NCBI GenBank assembly: GCA_965261735.1
Contig: OZ253470.1
Coordinates: 1,664,001 to 1,728,000, forward strand
Length of the DNA stretch: 64,000 nt
Origin: Alphaproteobacteria bacterium
GTDB taxonomy: Bacteria > Pseudomonadota > Alphaproteobacteria > SHVV01
Direction of reading: 5' to 3'
Shown: in pieces, positions 1-9,544 of the stretch
How the letters are laid out: each line of letters begins with the position of its first letter
How positions within the stretch are numbered: the first letter of the stretch is position 1
The notes under the pieces: model-generated
What the model saw: only the letters and a program-made list of their open reading frames with translations
What the model was told of the DNA's origin: nothing
Databases searched by the model: none
Translations under genes and position numbers: made by a program

Positions 1-571
1 TTGCATGGGTCGCGTTCGAGCGTTTCTCGCCATGAAAATCCCGCGCGGCGTTGCGCCCCGATCCCCCGTCGCCATCGTCCTCACCTTTGGGACGAAAGCT
101 CTTCATCGACGCCCAGGCCTCGATCAATGTTCCGTCTACCGAAAAATGATCCCGGCTCAATAGTCCCCCTACCTTGTGGTGCTGGATAACCCCCGCAAGC
201 AGCTGCCCCGAAACCTCCGCCTCCAGAAGACGGTCCCGGTTGTGGCAGAACGCGCTGGCGTCCCACACGCCATCGTCCAGCCCAAGCCCCACAAACCAGC
301 AAAACAGCATGTTGAAGTTTAGCTGCTCCATCAGCTGACGCTCCGAGCGGATCGAATAAAACGCCTGCAACAGTAACGCTCGAAGAAGCTTCTCCGGCGG
401 GATCGATGGGCGACCCATGTGGGAATAAAGCGTCTCGAACTCCGAAGATAGAGACCCCAATACGTCGTTCACGATCTCACGGATCAGACGCAGCGGATGA
501 TCATCCGGAACACGCTCTTCCAAGTCTACGTAGCTGAATAAATTGCCACTGCTTTGATCTCGACCCCGCAT
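1..571 (-). CDS. IS5-family transposase, N-terminal 190 aa (partial)
   Basis: Hand translation MRGRDQSSGNLFSYVDLEERVPDDHPLR...GRPSIPPEKLLRALLLQAFYSIRSERQLMEQL...HFSVDGTLIEAWAS, open to the window edge. Confidence 0.92.
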   Translation of the reverse strand, partial: MRGRDQSSGNLFSYVDLEERVPDDHPLRLIREIVNDVLGSLSSEFETLYSHMGRPSIPPEKLLRALLLQAFYSIRSERQLMEQLNFNMLFCWFVGLGLDDGVWDASAFCHNRDRLLEAEVSGQLLAGVIQHHKVGGLLSRDHFSVDGTLIEAWASMKSFRPKGEDDGDGGSGRNAARDFHGEKRSNATHA

Positions 572-645
572 GCCATCCTCCATCACTCGAAGAAATCACA
601 GAATCATGTCACAACTGCAAAGGCGAGGACTTTTTCAGCAGCCTG
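1..645 (-). mobile_element. IS5-family insertion sequence, left part (runs off window start)
   Basis: End CAGGCTGCTGAAAAA on the minus strand next to CTAG (646-649); transposase ORF follows. Confidence 0.85.
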
Positions 646-649
646 CTAG

Positions 650-1238
650 AGCAGAATGTCGAGGAGCTGATTCGGCCGGAAGGGTTGAAGGCGGGCGTGG
701 ATATCAAGGAAGTCCGTTTCGGTGATCCCGTGATCCCACCGGAACCCCTGCTCGCGCGCCAGCGGGAACAGCTTGCACAGCAGATGAAGAAAGCGTTCGT
801 CCAGGAACGCGACGCGCAAGCCGAGCGGATCGCCGCGGTACAAGCCGCCGCAACCGCCGACCAGCAGCCACGACTCGTCGAGGCACAAATCGAAGTGAAG
901 CGATCGGAACAGTTCGCGATCGCCCGGCGAAACGAAGTCCTTGGCGAGCGCGACAAGCTAAATCTCATCGCCGCGGGCCAGAGGGCGCAGGCGCAGGTCC
1001 TCGGTGAGCATCGCGTCGTCGAGCTTAGGAAGTTCGAGCTGGTCGTGGTCGGATCGGCGATTTCTTCGAAAGCAACCCCGGCGTTTTGACCGCGGCTCTC
1101 TCCAATGCACACAAGTTCGTGCCCGAACGGGTCTTCAGCCTCGGTGGAGCGGCTTCCGCGAACAGCCTGGCCGGCGCTGCGGCGGTCCTGGGCGATCTCT
1201 TGAGTGACGACAAGGCCGCGTCCGTCCAGGATCGATAG
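650..1238 (+). pseudogene. SPFH/band-7-like protein, C-terminal remnant
   Basis: GVDIKEVRFGDPVIPPE plus coiled coil; 5' end cut by IS5; frameshift near 1050 into ...NPGVLTAALSNAHKFVPERVFSLGG...*. Confidence 0.65.
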
Positions 1239-1408
1239 GCCCCACATTTGACGGCGCGCCTATTCGACGCGTGGGCCAATCGACTGGGCGGCCGGTAGAG
1301 CCGCCGGACATTTCTAGGGGCGCCGGGCGTGAGCCCGTCGCCGTTATCCCTACCGCTGCCGCGCCCACGATACGGACACGTCACGCTCCCTTGCAGGAGA
1401 ATTCCGAC

Positions 1409-2092
1409 ATGACCCCTGCCGCCCTTTCGGGTCCTCGCCTCGCGCCGGCCTCGGGGCGTCCGGCGCGCGAGCTCGTCGTGCTGCTGCATGGCCTCGGCGC
1501 CGACGGCAACGACCTCATCGATCTCGCCCCACACTGGGCGCCACTCCTGCCCGAGACCGAGTTCGTGGCGCCACATGGCGCGCAGCCTTGCGACATGGCG
1601 CCCATGGGCAGGCAGTGGTTCAGCCTGCGCGACCGTTCGCCCGATGCGATGCTCGCGGGCGCGCGGCGCGCGGCGCAGGTGCTCGATGCCTTCCTCGACG
1701 ACGAGCTTGCCCGCCTCGGCCTCGCCGATGACCGCCTTGCCCTGGTGGGCTTCTCGCAGGGGACGATGATGGCGCTGTTCACCGGCCTGCGGCGTGCGCA
1801 CGCGCCGGCCGCGATCGTCGGCTACTCGGGCGCCCTGGTCGGCGCAAGCGTTCTGGCGGACGAGCTGAGCGTCAAGCCGCCGCTCCTGCTCGTCCATGGC
1901 GATCGTGACGAGGTCGTGCCCATCGCGGCCTTTCACGACGCGCTACCGGCGCTGGGCGCGGCCGGGCTGAGCGTGGAGTGGCACGTCTGCGAGGGCCTCG
2001 GCCACGGCATCGACGCGCGCGGCCTCGAACTCGGCGGGGATTTTCTCGCGCGCCGTCTCATGGACGGCACGGCCCTCGCGCCCGACCCGTGA
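1409..2092 (+). CDS. phospholipase/carboxylesterase (alpha/beta hydrolase)
   Basis: LHGLGADG, GFSQG nucleophile, HGDRDEVVP, GHGI motifs; AGGAG RBS. Confidence 0.92.
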   Translation: MTPAALSGPRLAPASGRPARELVVLLHGLGADGNDLIDLAPHWAPLLPETEFVAPHGAQPCDMAPMGRQWFSLRDRSPDAMLAGARRAAQVLDAFLDDELARLGLADDRLALVGFSQGTMMALFTGLRRAHAPAAIVGYSGALVGASVLADELSVKPPLLLVHGDRDEVVPIAAFHDALPALGAAGLSVEWHVCEGLGHGIDARGLELGGDFLARRLMDGTALAPDP

Positions 2093-2213
2093 CATCAGCT
2101 CCGGCGGTTCCGGAGCCTGGTTTTTGCTAGTCTTTGCAGGTGCGAGCTTGTATCACTCGGACCGTCAAATCGGCCGTGCGAGTCGCAATCGGCGGTTTTT
2201 GCGGGAGGTCTGA

Positions 2214-2765
2214 GTGCAGGTTCCGCTGGAGAGTTGCCTGGCGCTAGTCCTGAACGCCGACTACCGGCCGTTGAGCTACTTTCCGCTGTCGGTTCTGCCC
2301 TGGCAGGACTCGGTGAAGGCGGTGTTCCTCAACCGCGTCAACATTCTCTCCGAGTACGACCGCAAGGTTCATTCGCCGCGTTTCGAAATGAGGCTGCCGA
2401 GCGTGGTCGCGCTCAAGCGTTACGTGCCTCCGGCGCGCCGGCCCGCTTTTACGCGCTTCAACGTGTTCCTGCGCGACAAGTTCACCTGCCAATATTGCGC
2501 GAGCCACGAGGAGCTGACCTTCGATCACTTGGTTCCGTTCTCGCGCGGCGGGCGGACGACGTGGGACAACGTCGTCGCGGCCTGCTCGTCGTGCAACCTG
2601 AAAAAGGGCGGCCGCCTCCCCGGCGAGTGTGGCATGCATCCGGCGCAGCACCCTCACGTGCCATCGGTTTACGAGCTGCAGCGCAATGGCCGTAGTTTCC
2701 CACCCAACCACTTGCACGAGAGCTGGCGCGACTACCTGTATTGGGACACCGAGCTCGAGGCCTAG
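2214..2765 (+). CDS. HNH endonuclease (McrA-like)
   Basis: RDKFTCQYC...TFDHLVPFSRGG...NVVAACSSCNLKKG. Confidence 0.93.
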   Translation: MQVPLESCLALVLNADYRPLSYFPLSVLPWQDSVKAVFLNRVNILSEYDRKVHSPRFEMRLPSVVALKRYVPPARRPAFTRFNVFLRDKFTCQYCASHEELTFDHLVPFSRGGRTTWDNVVAACSSCNLKKGGRLPGECGMHPAQHPHVPSVYELQRNGRSFPPNHLHESWRDYLYWDTELEA

Positions 2766-2824
2766 GCGCGGGACCCGCCTCCGGGCGCCCCGGTAGCAAC
2801 CGGCCACACCAACATCGGCCCGAG

Positions 2825-3184
2825 TTAGGTGCCGCGCCCGTCCTCGAGCGCGACGACGGCCAACGGCCGGCGCTCGCCCCCCACGTCGATGTCGCGGGAG
2901 AGCGGTAGGTGGCGCCGGTCTCGCAGCAAGGCACGATCGAGCTCGATGACGTCGTCGAGTATCGAGAGGGATTGCCCTTCGAAGTCCCCGCCGAGTATCT
3001 CGGGCACGGCCGGGTGGTGCGCCAAACAATCGCGCGCGGTCTGGTTGACGAAGGCGAGCTCGAGCGTGGCCGCCGCGCACACGATGACGCCGAGAGGAAC
3101 TCGGTGAATCGCCCCTTCGACGAGTTGGCCGCGCGTGGCGGCGACGATCAGCTCGTCCTCGCAGCGAGACAGCTGCTTCGTCAT
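2825..3184 (-). CDS. stand-alone PAS-like domain protein, possibly a truncated chemoreceptor
   Basis: VPLGVIVC...LAFVNQTA...GQSLSIL...LPLSRDIDVGG resembles PAS domains of soluble chemoreceptors; ends abruptly. Confidence 0.5.
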   Translation of the reverse strand: MTKQLSRCEDELIVAATRGQLVEGAIHRVPLGVIVCAAATLELAFVNQTARDCLAHHPAVPEILGGDFEGQSLSILDDVIELDRALLRDRRHLPLSRDIDVGGERRPLAVVALEDGRGT

Positions 3185-3354
3185 TTCTTCCGTTCGCCGA
3201 GCGCCGGTAGGCGCCGCCTCGGCCGGCGCAAGGTCGCGGCGGGCGTGCTTCGTCTCCCTGGTCGACTTCATGAGGGGTGCCCTGTTGTCGTGGCACGGGT
3301 CGTACCACGGGCGCATCGTAGCCGCGGGAGGTTAAGAAGAGCGAAAGTTGCTGG

Positions 3355-4459
3355 CTTGCCTATCCGGTTTACACCCACACCCACTAGGGCTAGAATGGGC
3401 GCAACCCGGATATAGGGGAGCGCGCCATGGATGTTCTCGACCGCGCCGATCTCCCATTCCCGCATTCGCTACCCGAGTTCCAGCGACTTTTCCCCGATGA
3501 TGCGGCCTGCGCCGCCTACCTGGAGAAAGCCCGCTGGGGAGACGGCTTTGCCTGCCCGCACTGCGGCACGGCGGGAGAGCCGTTCCACTTTGAAAACCGC
3601 CCTGGCGTCCTGCGCTGCCGCAAGTGCCGCCAGAACACCGGGCTGACGGTGGGAACAGTGATGGAGCGTAGCCACACTCCGCTGAACGTCTGGTTCTGGG
3701 CCGCTTATCTGGTCGCCAGTCAGACGCCCGGCATGTCCGCCGTGCAGTTTCAGCGGCAACTTGGTCTTTCGCGCTACGAGACGGCCTTTCAAATTCTCCA
3801 CAAGCTCCGCTCGGGCATGGTGCGGCCCAACCAAGACAGGATCGGTGGACAGCCCAAGAACCATGTTGAGGTGGACGAAACCTGGGTTGGCGGGCGAACG
3901 CGTGGGGAAGGCCGTGGTGTTCACCACAAGGTTCCCGTCTCCTGTGCCATCGAGGTGCGTCATCGAAAGCCGGGCACCAAGCTCGACAACCGGAAAGACG
4001 GACGCTATGCCGGACGCGTTCGGCTCGCCGTCGTGCTCGACCGTAGCGCCGAGTCGCTCTGTGGGTTCGTCGAGAGCACCGTCGCGCCGCGATCGCTGAT
4101 CGTTACTGACGATTGGAGCGGCTATGCTGGCCTCGGTAAGCGCGGCTATGAGCACTTCGCTGTTGCCGAGTGTGGTGATCCAGAGGTTGCCGAGCAATAC
4201 CTGCCGATCATCCATCTGGTTTTCGCCAACCTGAAGACGTGGCTGATCGGTATCCACCACGGCGTTAGCCACCAGCACCTACAAGCCTACCTCAACGAGT
4301 TCACCTTCCGCTTCAACAGGCGGTTCTACCCGTTCAACGCCTTCCGCTCATTGCTCGGCATCGCGGGCGACACCTCTGCTCCAACCTATGCCGAGCTTTA
4401 CTCGGGAGAGTGGCGGCACCCTACATGTAGCGGTCATGGGCGTTAACCGGATAAGCAAG
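3355..4459 (+). mobile_element. IS1595-family element, copy A
   Basis: TIRs CTTGCCTATCCGGTT / AACCGGATAAGCAAG; no flanking direct repeat. Confidence 0.93.
3427..4446 (+). CDS. IS1595-family transposase
   Basis: CPHC..CRKC zinc ribbon, VEVDETWVGG, IVTDDW, HLQAYLNEFTFRFNRR. Confidence 0.95.
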   Translation: MDVLDRADLPFPHSLPEFQRLFPDDAACAAYLEKARWGDGFACPHCGTAGEPFHFENRPGVLRCRKCRQNTGLTVGTVMERSHTPLNVWFWAAYLVASQTPGMSAVQFQRQLGLSRYETAFQILHKLRSGMVRPNQDRIGGQPKNHVEVDETWVGGRTRGEGRGVHHKVPVSCAIEVRHRKPGTKLDNRKDGRYAGRVRLAVVLDRSAESLCGFVESTVAPRSLIVTDDWSGYAGLGKRGYEHFAVAECGDPEVAEQYLPIIHLVFANLKTWLIGIHHGVSHQHLQAYLNEFTFRFNRRFYPFNAFRSLLGIAGDTSAPTYAELYSGEWRHPTCSGHGR

Positions 4460-4602
4460 GTTCATTCGACCAATGCCACGTGCCCTTGATGGGCTAGATT
4501 ATAATATCTAATAGTATAGACACTATGCCCTAAGGGTTAGACTGCTCGCCGCCGGTGAGTCGCCGACCCGCCCGCCCAGCGCCGAGGCCCGCTGCGCCGC
4601 TC

Positions 4603-5181
4603 TCACGCGCGTTCGGAGAGCCAGATGGCGAGGCGCGTGCCCGTCTTGATGAGGCCGCTGAGCACCGGGTATCCGGGGGCATCGCGCGCACCCTGTGCGA
4701 TGGCCGTGTCGTGGTGGGCGCGCTCGTCGCTCCGCGCGCGTGCGATGGCGGCGGCGAGTTCGCCCTCGTCCTCGCCGAGCGCCGCCGCCTGCCCGGCGTA
4801 GTGCTCATCGATGGTTTCTTCGACCGCGGCGGTGCATGCCATGGCCGCCTTCTCGCCGAGCAGCGCGGTGCCGACGCCGAGCGCGAAGCCGGCGACCGAC
4901 CACAGCGGCGAGAGCACCGTCGGGCGCACGCGCCGGCGCGTCATCAGCGCATCGAACGTTGCCAGATGCTCCTTCTCCTGCGCCGCCATGTCGCGGATGA
5001 GGCCGGCGCTCGGGCGGGTACCGAGGACCGCGAGCTGGCCGGCGTAGATGCGTACGGCGCCGTGCTCGCCGGCCTGATCGACGCGGATCATGCGCGCGAC
5101 GGCGTCCTCGTGGCTGAGATCACCCGGGAGCCGGCCCGCCCGCACCCGACGCGGTTTGCGCCCTTTGCCGCTGCCGCTCAT
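4603..5181 (-). CDS. coq7: demethoxyubiquinone hydroxylase Coq7
   Basis: MIRVDQAGEHGAVRIYAGQ, EKEH, AMACTAAVEETIDEHY, DERAH di-iron motifs. Confidence 0.93.
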   Translation of the reverse strand: MSGSGKGRKPRRVRAGRLPGDLSHEDAVARMIRVDQAGEHGAVRIYAGQLAVLGTRPSAGLIRDMAAQEKEHLATFDALMTRRRVRPTVLSPLWSVAGFALGVGTALLGEKAAMACTAAVEETIDEHYAGQAAALGEDEGELAAAIARARSDERAHHDTAIAQGARDAPGYPVLSGLIKTGTRLAIWLSERA

Positions 5182-5693
5182 GGCGTGCGCCCGGGTTGCC
5201 CGGCGCGCCCGGAGTGGTGGGCCGCGGCGAGGCTCGCGGCGGCCAGCGCGGCGGAGGCGAGCACGTTGTATCCGGCCAGCGAGACGCCCAACAGCGACCA
5301 CGCGATCTCGTCGCAGCGGACAAGGGGCGTGCTCTCGAGTTGCTGGCGCAGGGCGGCGGCCGTGTCGGCGCCGGCTGCACCGCCACAGGCGGCACTCACC
5401 CACCAGCCTTGCTCGACGCCGACATGATAGATGCCGACCCCCGCGCCGACCACGAAACCCGCGGCGGCGACGTACATGACGTACATCATGAGTTGGTCGC
5501 CGGCGCTACCGCGCCACAGGGCAACGCCGAGGCACAGGGCAATCGCGAGCGTGTAGGGATAGCGCTGGTAGAGGCACAGCGGGCAGGGCGCGAGGCCTCC
5601 CAGATATTGAAAGGCGAGCGCCGTCGCCAGTACGGCAGCGCTGGCGAGGAGGATCGCGACGGCGGTGCCGCGTTGTCCCAGGGCCGCTCTCAT
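5178..5693 (-). CDS. dsbB: disulfide bond formation protein B
   Basis: PCPLCLYQR, YHVGVE, second Cys pair, TM helices. Confidence 0.9.
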   Translation of the reverse strand: MRAALGQRGTAVAILLASAAVLATALAFQYLGGLAPCPLCLYQRYPYTLAIALCLGVALWRGSAGDQLMMYVMYVAAAGFVVGAGVGIYHVGVEQGWWVSAACGGAAGADTAAALRQQLESTPLVRCDEIAWSLLGVSLAGYNVLASAALAAASLAAAHHSGRAGQPGRTP

Positions 5694-5736
5694 GCGCAAG
5701 GTATAGCGCCCGCGCCGCGGCGGCGGAAGGCGCGCC

Positions 5737-6318
5737 TCACGCGACGTAGCGGAGGGCCAGGAAGCTACCAATCAGGAGCACCAGAAAGACGGTCGTTACG
5801 ACCTTGAGGTTGCCCTCGACGAAGGCGCGTATCGGCTCGCCGACGTACCACAGCAGCAGAGCCTCGAGGAAGAAGCGCAGGCCCCGCGAGATCCCCGAGC
5901 CAAGGGTGAAGAGGCCGATGTCGAGCTGGGTGACGCCGCTGAGAATCGTGAAGACCTTGTAGGGCAGCGGCGTCAGGCCGGCCGTGAACACGATCCACAG
6001 GCCCCATTCGTTGTAGTTCTCGCGGAACAGTTCGAAGGCATGACCGCCGCCGAAGAGATCGACGAGCGGCCGGCCGACGGTGTCGTAGAGGAAGAAGCCG
6101 ATGCCGTAGCCGGCGATGCCGCCGGCCACGGAAGCCGCGGTGCAAACGCCGGCGATCACCCAGGCGCGCGCGCGCGCGGCCAGCACCATGGGAATGAGGA
6201 GGACGTCGGGAGGAATCGGAAAGAACGAGCTCTCGGCGAAGGCGACGAGAGCCAGCGCCCACAGCGCGCCGGGTTGCGCGGCGAGGCCCATGGTCCACTT
6301 GTAGAGGCGCTCGATCAC
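5737..6318 (-). CDS. YqaA/DedA family membrane protein
   Basis: FAESSFFPIPPD, TPLPYKVFTI. Confidence 0.92.
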   Translation of the reverse strand: MIERLYKWTMGLAAQPGALWALALVAFAESSFFPIPPDVLLIPMVLAARARAWVIAGVCTAASVAGGIAGYGIGFFLYDTVGRPLVDLFGGGHAFELFRENYNEWGLWIVFTAGLTPLPYKVFTILSGVTQLDIGLFTLGSGISRGLRFFLEALLLWYVGEPIRAFVEGNLKVVTTVFLVLLIGSFLALRYVA

Positions 6319-6564
6319 CGATCTTTCCGTGGCATTCGCGGATCGTTCCGTGGCTCTCGCGGCGGCGTCCGGGCCACGAGGACTCGAACCCTACCGCTGG
6401 GTCGGGCGCCGCTGTTCTCACCATGATTGCGCGCAAACGGCAAGAAGTTTTCCGGCGCGGGGCCCGGCCGTCCGGCGCTCAGGCGGACAGCCAGCGCGGC
6501 CCAGGGGCCCCTGCCTTGACCCGGGTCCACCCTCGGCTATGATGCGGCGCGCTCGCGCGCCGGC

Positions 6565-6651
6565 GCCCCTGTGGCGGAATTGGCAGACGCGACAGACTCA
6601 AAATCTGTTGTCCTTCGGGACGTGCCTGTTCGAGTCAGGCCAGGGGCACCA
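6565..6651 (+). tRNA. tRNA-Leu(CAA)
   Basis: GCCCCTG/CAGGGGC acceptor stem, ACAGA-CTCAAAA-TCTGT anticodon arm, long variable arm, GTTCGAGTC, encoded CCA. Confidence 0.97.
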
Positions 6652-6687
6652 CCGCGCGGCGGAGGCTAACGGGAGCGAGACGGTTCG

Positions 6688-6924
6688 ATGAAGTTCTATT
6701 CGTTCCAGATCGTGATCGAGAAGGAACTGGCGGACGAGGGTTATCTGGCTTACAGCCCCACCCTTCCGGGCTGCCTCAGTAATGGCGCTACGATCGAGGA
6801 AGCCAAGCGCAACATCCGCGAGGCGATCGAGCTTCACATCTCTGCCCTGCTCGAGCGCTCGGCGCCGGTGCCGCAGAACGACCGACTTGTTCGCGTCGAG
6901 GAGTTGACCGTCGGGATCCCCTGA
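6688..6924 (+). CDS. hicB: HicB family antitoxin (short form)
   Basis: YLAYSPTLPGCLSNGATIEEAKRNIREAIELH. Confidence 0.9.
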   Translation: MKFYSFQIVIEKELADEGYLAYSPTLPGCLSNGATIEEAKRNIREAIELHISALLERSAPVPQNDRLVRVEELTVGIP

Positions 6925-7151
6925 TGGCCCGCATGCCGCAGGTAACTGCGCCTGAACTGGTGCGGTTCCTCAAGTCACAAGGTTTCGCAGAGCAACGGCA
7001 ATCGGGCAGCCACCTGACGTAGCTTCATGGCGGCCGCAGCGTGTCCGTCACCGTGCCGGTCCATACGGGCGTGGATGTCGGCCGCGGTCTTGCAGTGCGA
7101 ATTCTGCGCGACACCGGCTTCTCGGTCGACGATTTCCTTGCGCTCCGATGA
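6924..7151 (+). pseudogene. hicA: HicA toxin with in-frame TAG at 7020-7022
   Basis: MARMPQVTAPELVRFLKSQGFAEQRQSGSHLT*LHGGRSVSVTVPVH...RILRDTGFSVDDFLALR; TGATG overlap with hicB. Confidence 0.88.
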
Positions 7152-7178
7152 GGCGGTATCGTCGCGCGAGTGCCAACG

Positions 7179-8612
7179 GATCGTGTCCCGCGGAGTGGTG
7201 TAAGAGCGTTGCGCTCTACGCGGCTCCCGGCGGGTAGGGCCGGGACGTTCAGGCTGCCACGGTGGGCAGCGTGATGGGGACACCATCGCTCAGCGGAGCG
7301 ATGGATTCCAGCGTCATGTATCTCCTTGAGACGGCCCACTCGTCGTTCTGCTCGAGAAGGATGGCGCCGACGAGCCGTGTGATGGCGGCTTCGTTGGGAA
7401 AGATACCGACGACGTTGGTGCGACGCTTGACCTCGGCATGGAGCCGTTCGATCGGGTTTGTGGAGTGCAATTTCTGGCGGTGCTCCCTGGGGAAGCTCAT
7501 GTAGGCGAGGACGTCGTGCTCGGCTTCGTCCATGAGAACTGCCAGCTTGGGCACCTTGGGCCTGAGCTGGTCGGCGACCTGGCGCCACTGGACCTTCGCG
7601 CTGTCGGCGTCCTCCTGGGCGAAGGCGGAGACGACGCGCCGGCCCTGGCGGCCGGCATGGGCCAGCAGGTTGCGGGCGAAGTGCACGCGGCAGCGCTGCC
7701 ATGTGGCGCCGAGGATCCGGGTCGCGGCGGCCTTCAGGCCCTTGTGGTCGTCGGAGATCACCAGCTTCACGCCGCGCAGCCCGCGCCGGGCCAGCGAGCG
7801 CAGGAACTCGGTCCAGAAGGTCTCGGCCTCCGACGCGCCGATCGCCACGCCCAGGACCTCGCGGCGGCCTTGGTCGTTGACGGCCACAGCCACGGTCACC
7901 GCGACCGAGACGATGCGTCCGGTCTGGCGCACCTTCACGTAGGTGGCGTCGAGCCACAGATAGGGCCAGTCGCCCTCCAGCGGTCGATCGAGGAAGCCGG
8001 TGACCTTATCGTCGATCTCGCCGCACAGCCTGGAGACCTGGCTCTTGGAGGCGCCCGACATCCCCATCGCCTGAACCAGATCGTCGACCGAGCGGGTCGA
8101 CACCCCCTGGATGTAGGCCTCCTGGATCACCGCAGCCAGCGCCTTCTCGGCCATCCGCCGCGGCTCCAGGAAGCCCGGGAAGTAGCTTCCCTTCCTCAGC
8201 TTCGGGATCTTCAGCTCGACCGTGCCGGCCCGCGTCTCCCAGGACCGGTCGCGGTAGCCGTTGCGATGGGTGATACGATCCGCCGAGCGCTCGCCGTGCC
8301 CGGCGCCGGTCAGGCCCTCAACCTCCAGTGCCATCAGCCGCTCGGCCGTGAAGCCGATCATCTCGCAAAGCAGATCGGCATCGGAGCTCTTCTCCAAAAG
8401 CGCGCGCAGGGTCATCATGTCCTGGGTCATCGTGGTTCTCCTTCGGGTCAGGTTGGTTTGCACTAGCCCAACCCTAAACCGGAACCGCGATGGCCTCCGC
8501 TGTGGATAGCCGGCTTGCCTACGCCAGACTCTCGGCGGTCGCTACGGCAAGCCGCCTACCCACAGCTACCAGAGGCTCCAACAACTCCTACACCACGTCC
8601 TGGGACACGACC
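7179..8612 (-). mobile_element. IS256-family element, copy 1
   Basis: Imperfect TIRs GATCGTGTCCCGCGGAGTGGTGTA / GGTCGTGTCCCAGGACGTGGTGTA; no target duplication. Confidence 0.93.
7249..8430 (-). CDS. IS256-family transposase
   Basis: [49 protein letters not shown]. Confidence 0.95.
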   Translation of the reverse strand: MTQDMMTLRALLEKSSDADLLCEMIGFTAERLMALEVEGLTGAGHGERSADRITHRNGYRDRSWETRAGTVELKIPKLRKGSYFPGFLEPRRMAEKALAAVIQEAYIQGVSTRSVDDLVQAMGMSGASKSQVSRLCGEIDDKVTGFLDRPLEGDWPYLWLDATYVKVRQTGRIVSVAVTVAVAVNDQGRREVLGVAIGASEAETFWTEFLRSLARRGLRGVKLVISDDHKGLKAAATRILGATWQRCRVHFARNLLAHAGRQGRRVVSAFAQEDADSAKVQWRQVADQLRPKVPKLAVLMDEAEHDVLAYMSFPREHRQKLHSTNPIERLHAEVKRRTNVVGIFPNEAAITRLVGAILLEQNDEWAVSRRYMTLESIAPLSDGVPITLPTVAA

Positions 8613-9531
8613 GCTCTTGAGTACAATACTTCCAAGATTCGCGTGAGCTGCTTTGCACCTTTCAGGTTTGCATTGCTCAGATTTGCTCCTTACAAATCCG
8701 CATAGCTCAGATCGGCGCTGCTTAAGTTCGCATTGCTCAAGTCGGCCCGAACCAGGAAACTGTTTGTCAGTTTGGCCTTGGCCAGGATGCATCGACTGAG
8801 ATCAGCACCACTTAGGAACACACCGGTAAGGTCTACGTTGTTCAAGCTTGTTCCTGCCAAGTTCGCGCGACGTCCGTCAGAACCGCCTGAGTCCTCCCAA
8901 AGGGCATGATTGCGCAACATTGTCTGGAGGCTTGATGGGAGATGGCTGGTTGCGCGACTAACATTTGCGTCGCTGAGGTCAACACTGGAAAGATCTACAC
9001 CTGTTAGAATAACGCCGCGCATGTTTGCGCCTTTCATCCTTGCTTGCGTAAGGGTAGCCCTTGTGAGGATGGCACCGGTCAGATTTACGTTATTGAGCCG
9101 GGCTGAATCCAAGCTTGCGTCCGTAAGATCAGCTCCGCGCATATCGGCGTTTGCCAGCAGAGCCTCCTTGAAACTCGCCTTCACCATCGAGGCATTGCGC
9201 AAGTTCGCACTGTCGAGATTGCCCTTTTCGAAATCCGACTCATCAAGGTTGGTTTCGAAAAGGTCTGTACCTTCCGGTTTTCCTGCGGCTGCTACAAGAG
9301 CACCAGCCCTTAGATCAGCTTCGCGCAGCACAGCACCTTCCAATTTCGCTCCGTGAAACCGAACACCGCGTAAATCCGCACGAAAAAAGTTGGCCCGAGT
9401 TAAGTCGGAATGCTCGAAGTTCGCCCCAAATAAATCTGCAAAACCGAAATCTCCGTTTGCGAGCACACAGCGGCTAAAGTCGCAACCAGCAAGGGAGGCA
9501 TCCTGAAGATTGATTTTTGGGAGCTTCAAGC
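8613..9531 (-). pseudogene. pentapeptide-repeat protein, internal fragment
   Basis: Many A(D/N)Lxx repeats; 5' cut by IS1595, 3' cut by IS256; TAA at 8690-8692 followed in frame by GANLSNANLKGA; lower GC than flanks. Confidence 0.88.
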
Positions 9532-9544
9532 CTTGCCTATCCGG

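Noticed and set aside
2214-2765. HNH gene as a mobile or defence nuclease
   Set aside because: Looks like the conserved stand-alone alphaproteobacterial HNH protein; no methylase or repeats nearby
8499-8566. Long hairpin in the IS256 leader containing CTTGCCTA
   Set aside because: Part of IS256 in both copies; resemblance to the IS1595 TIR is only 8 bp
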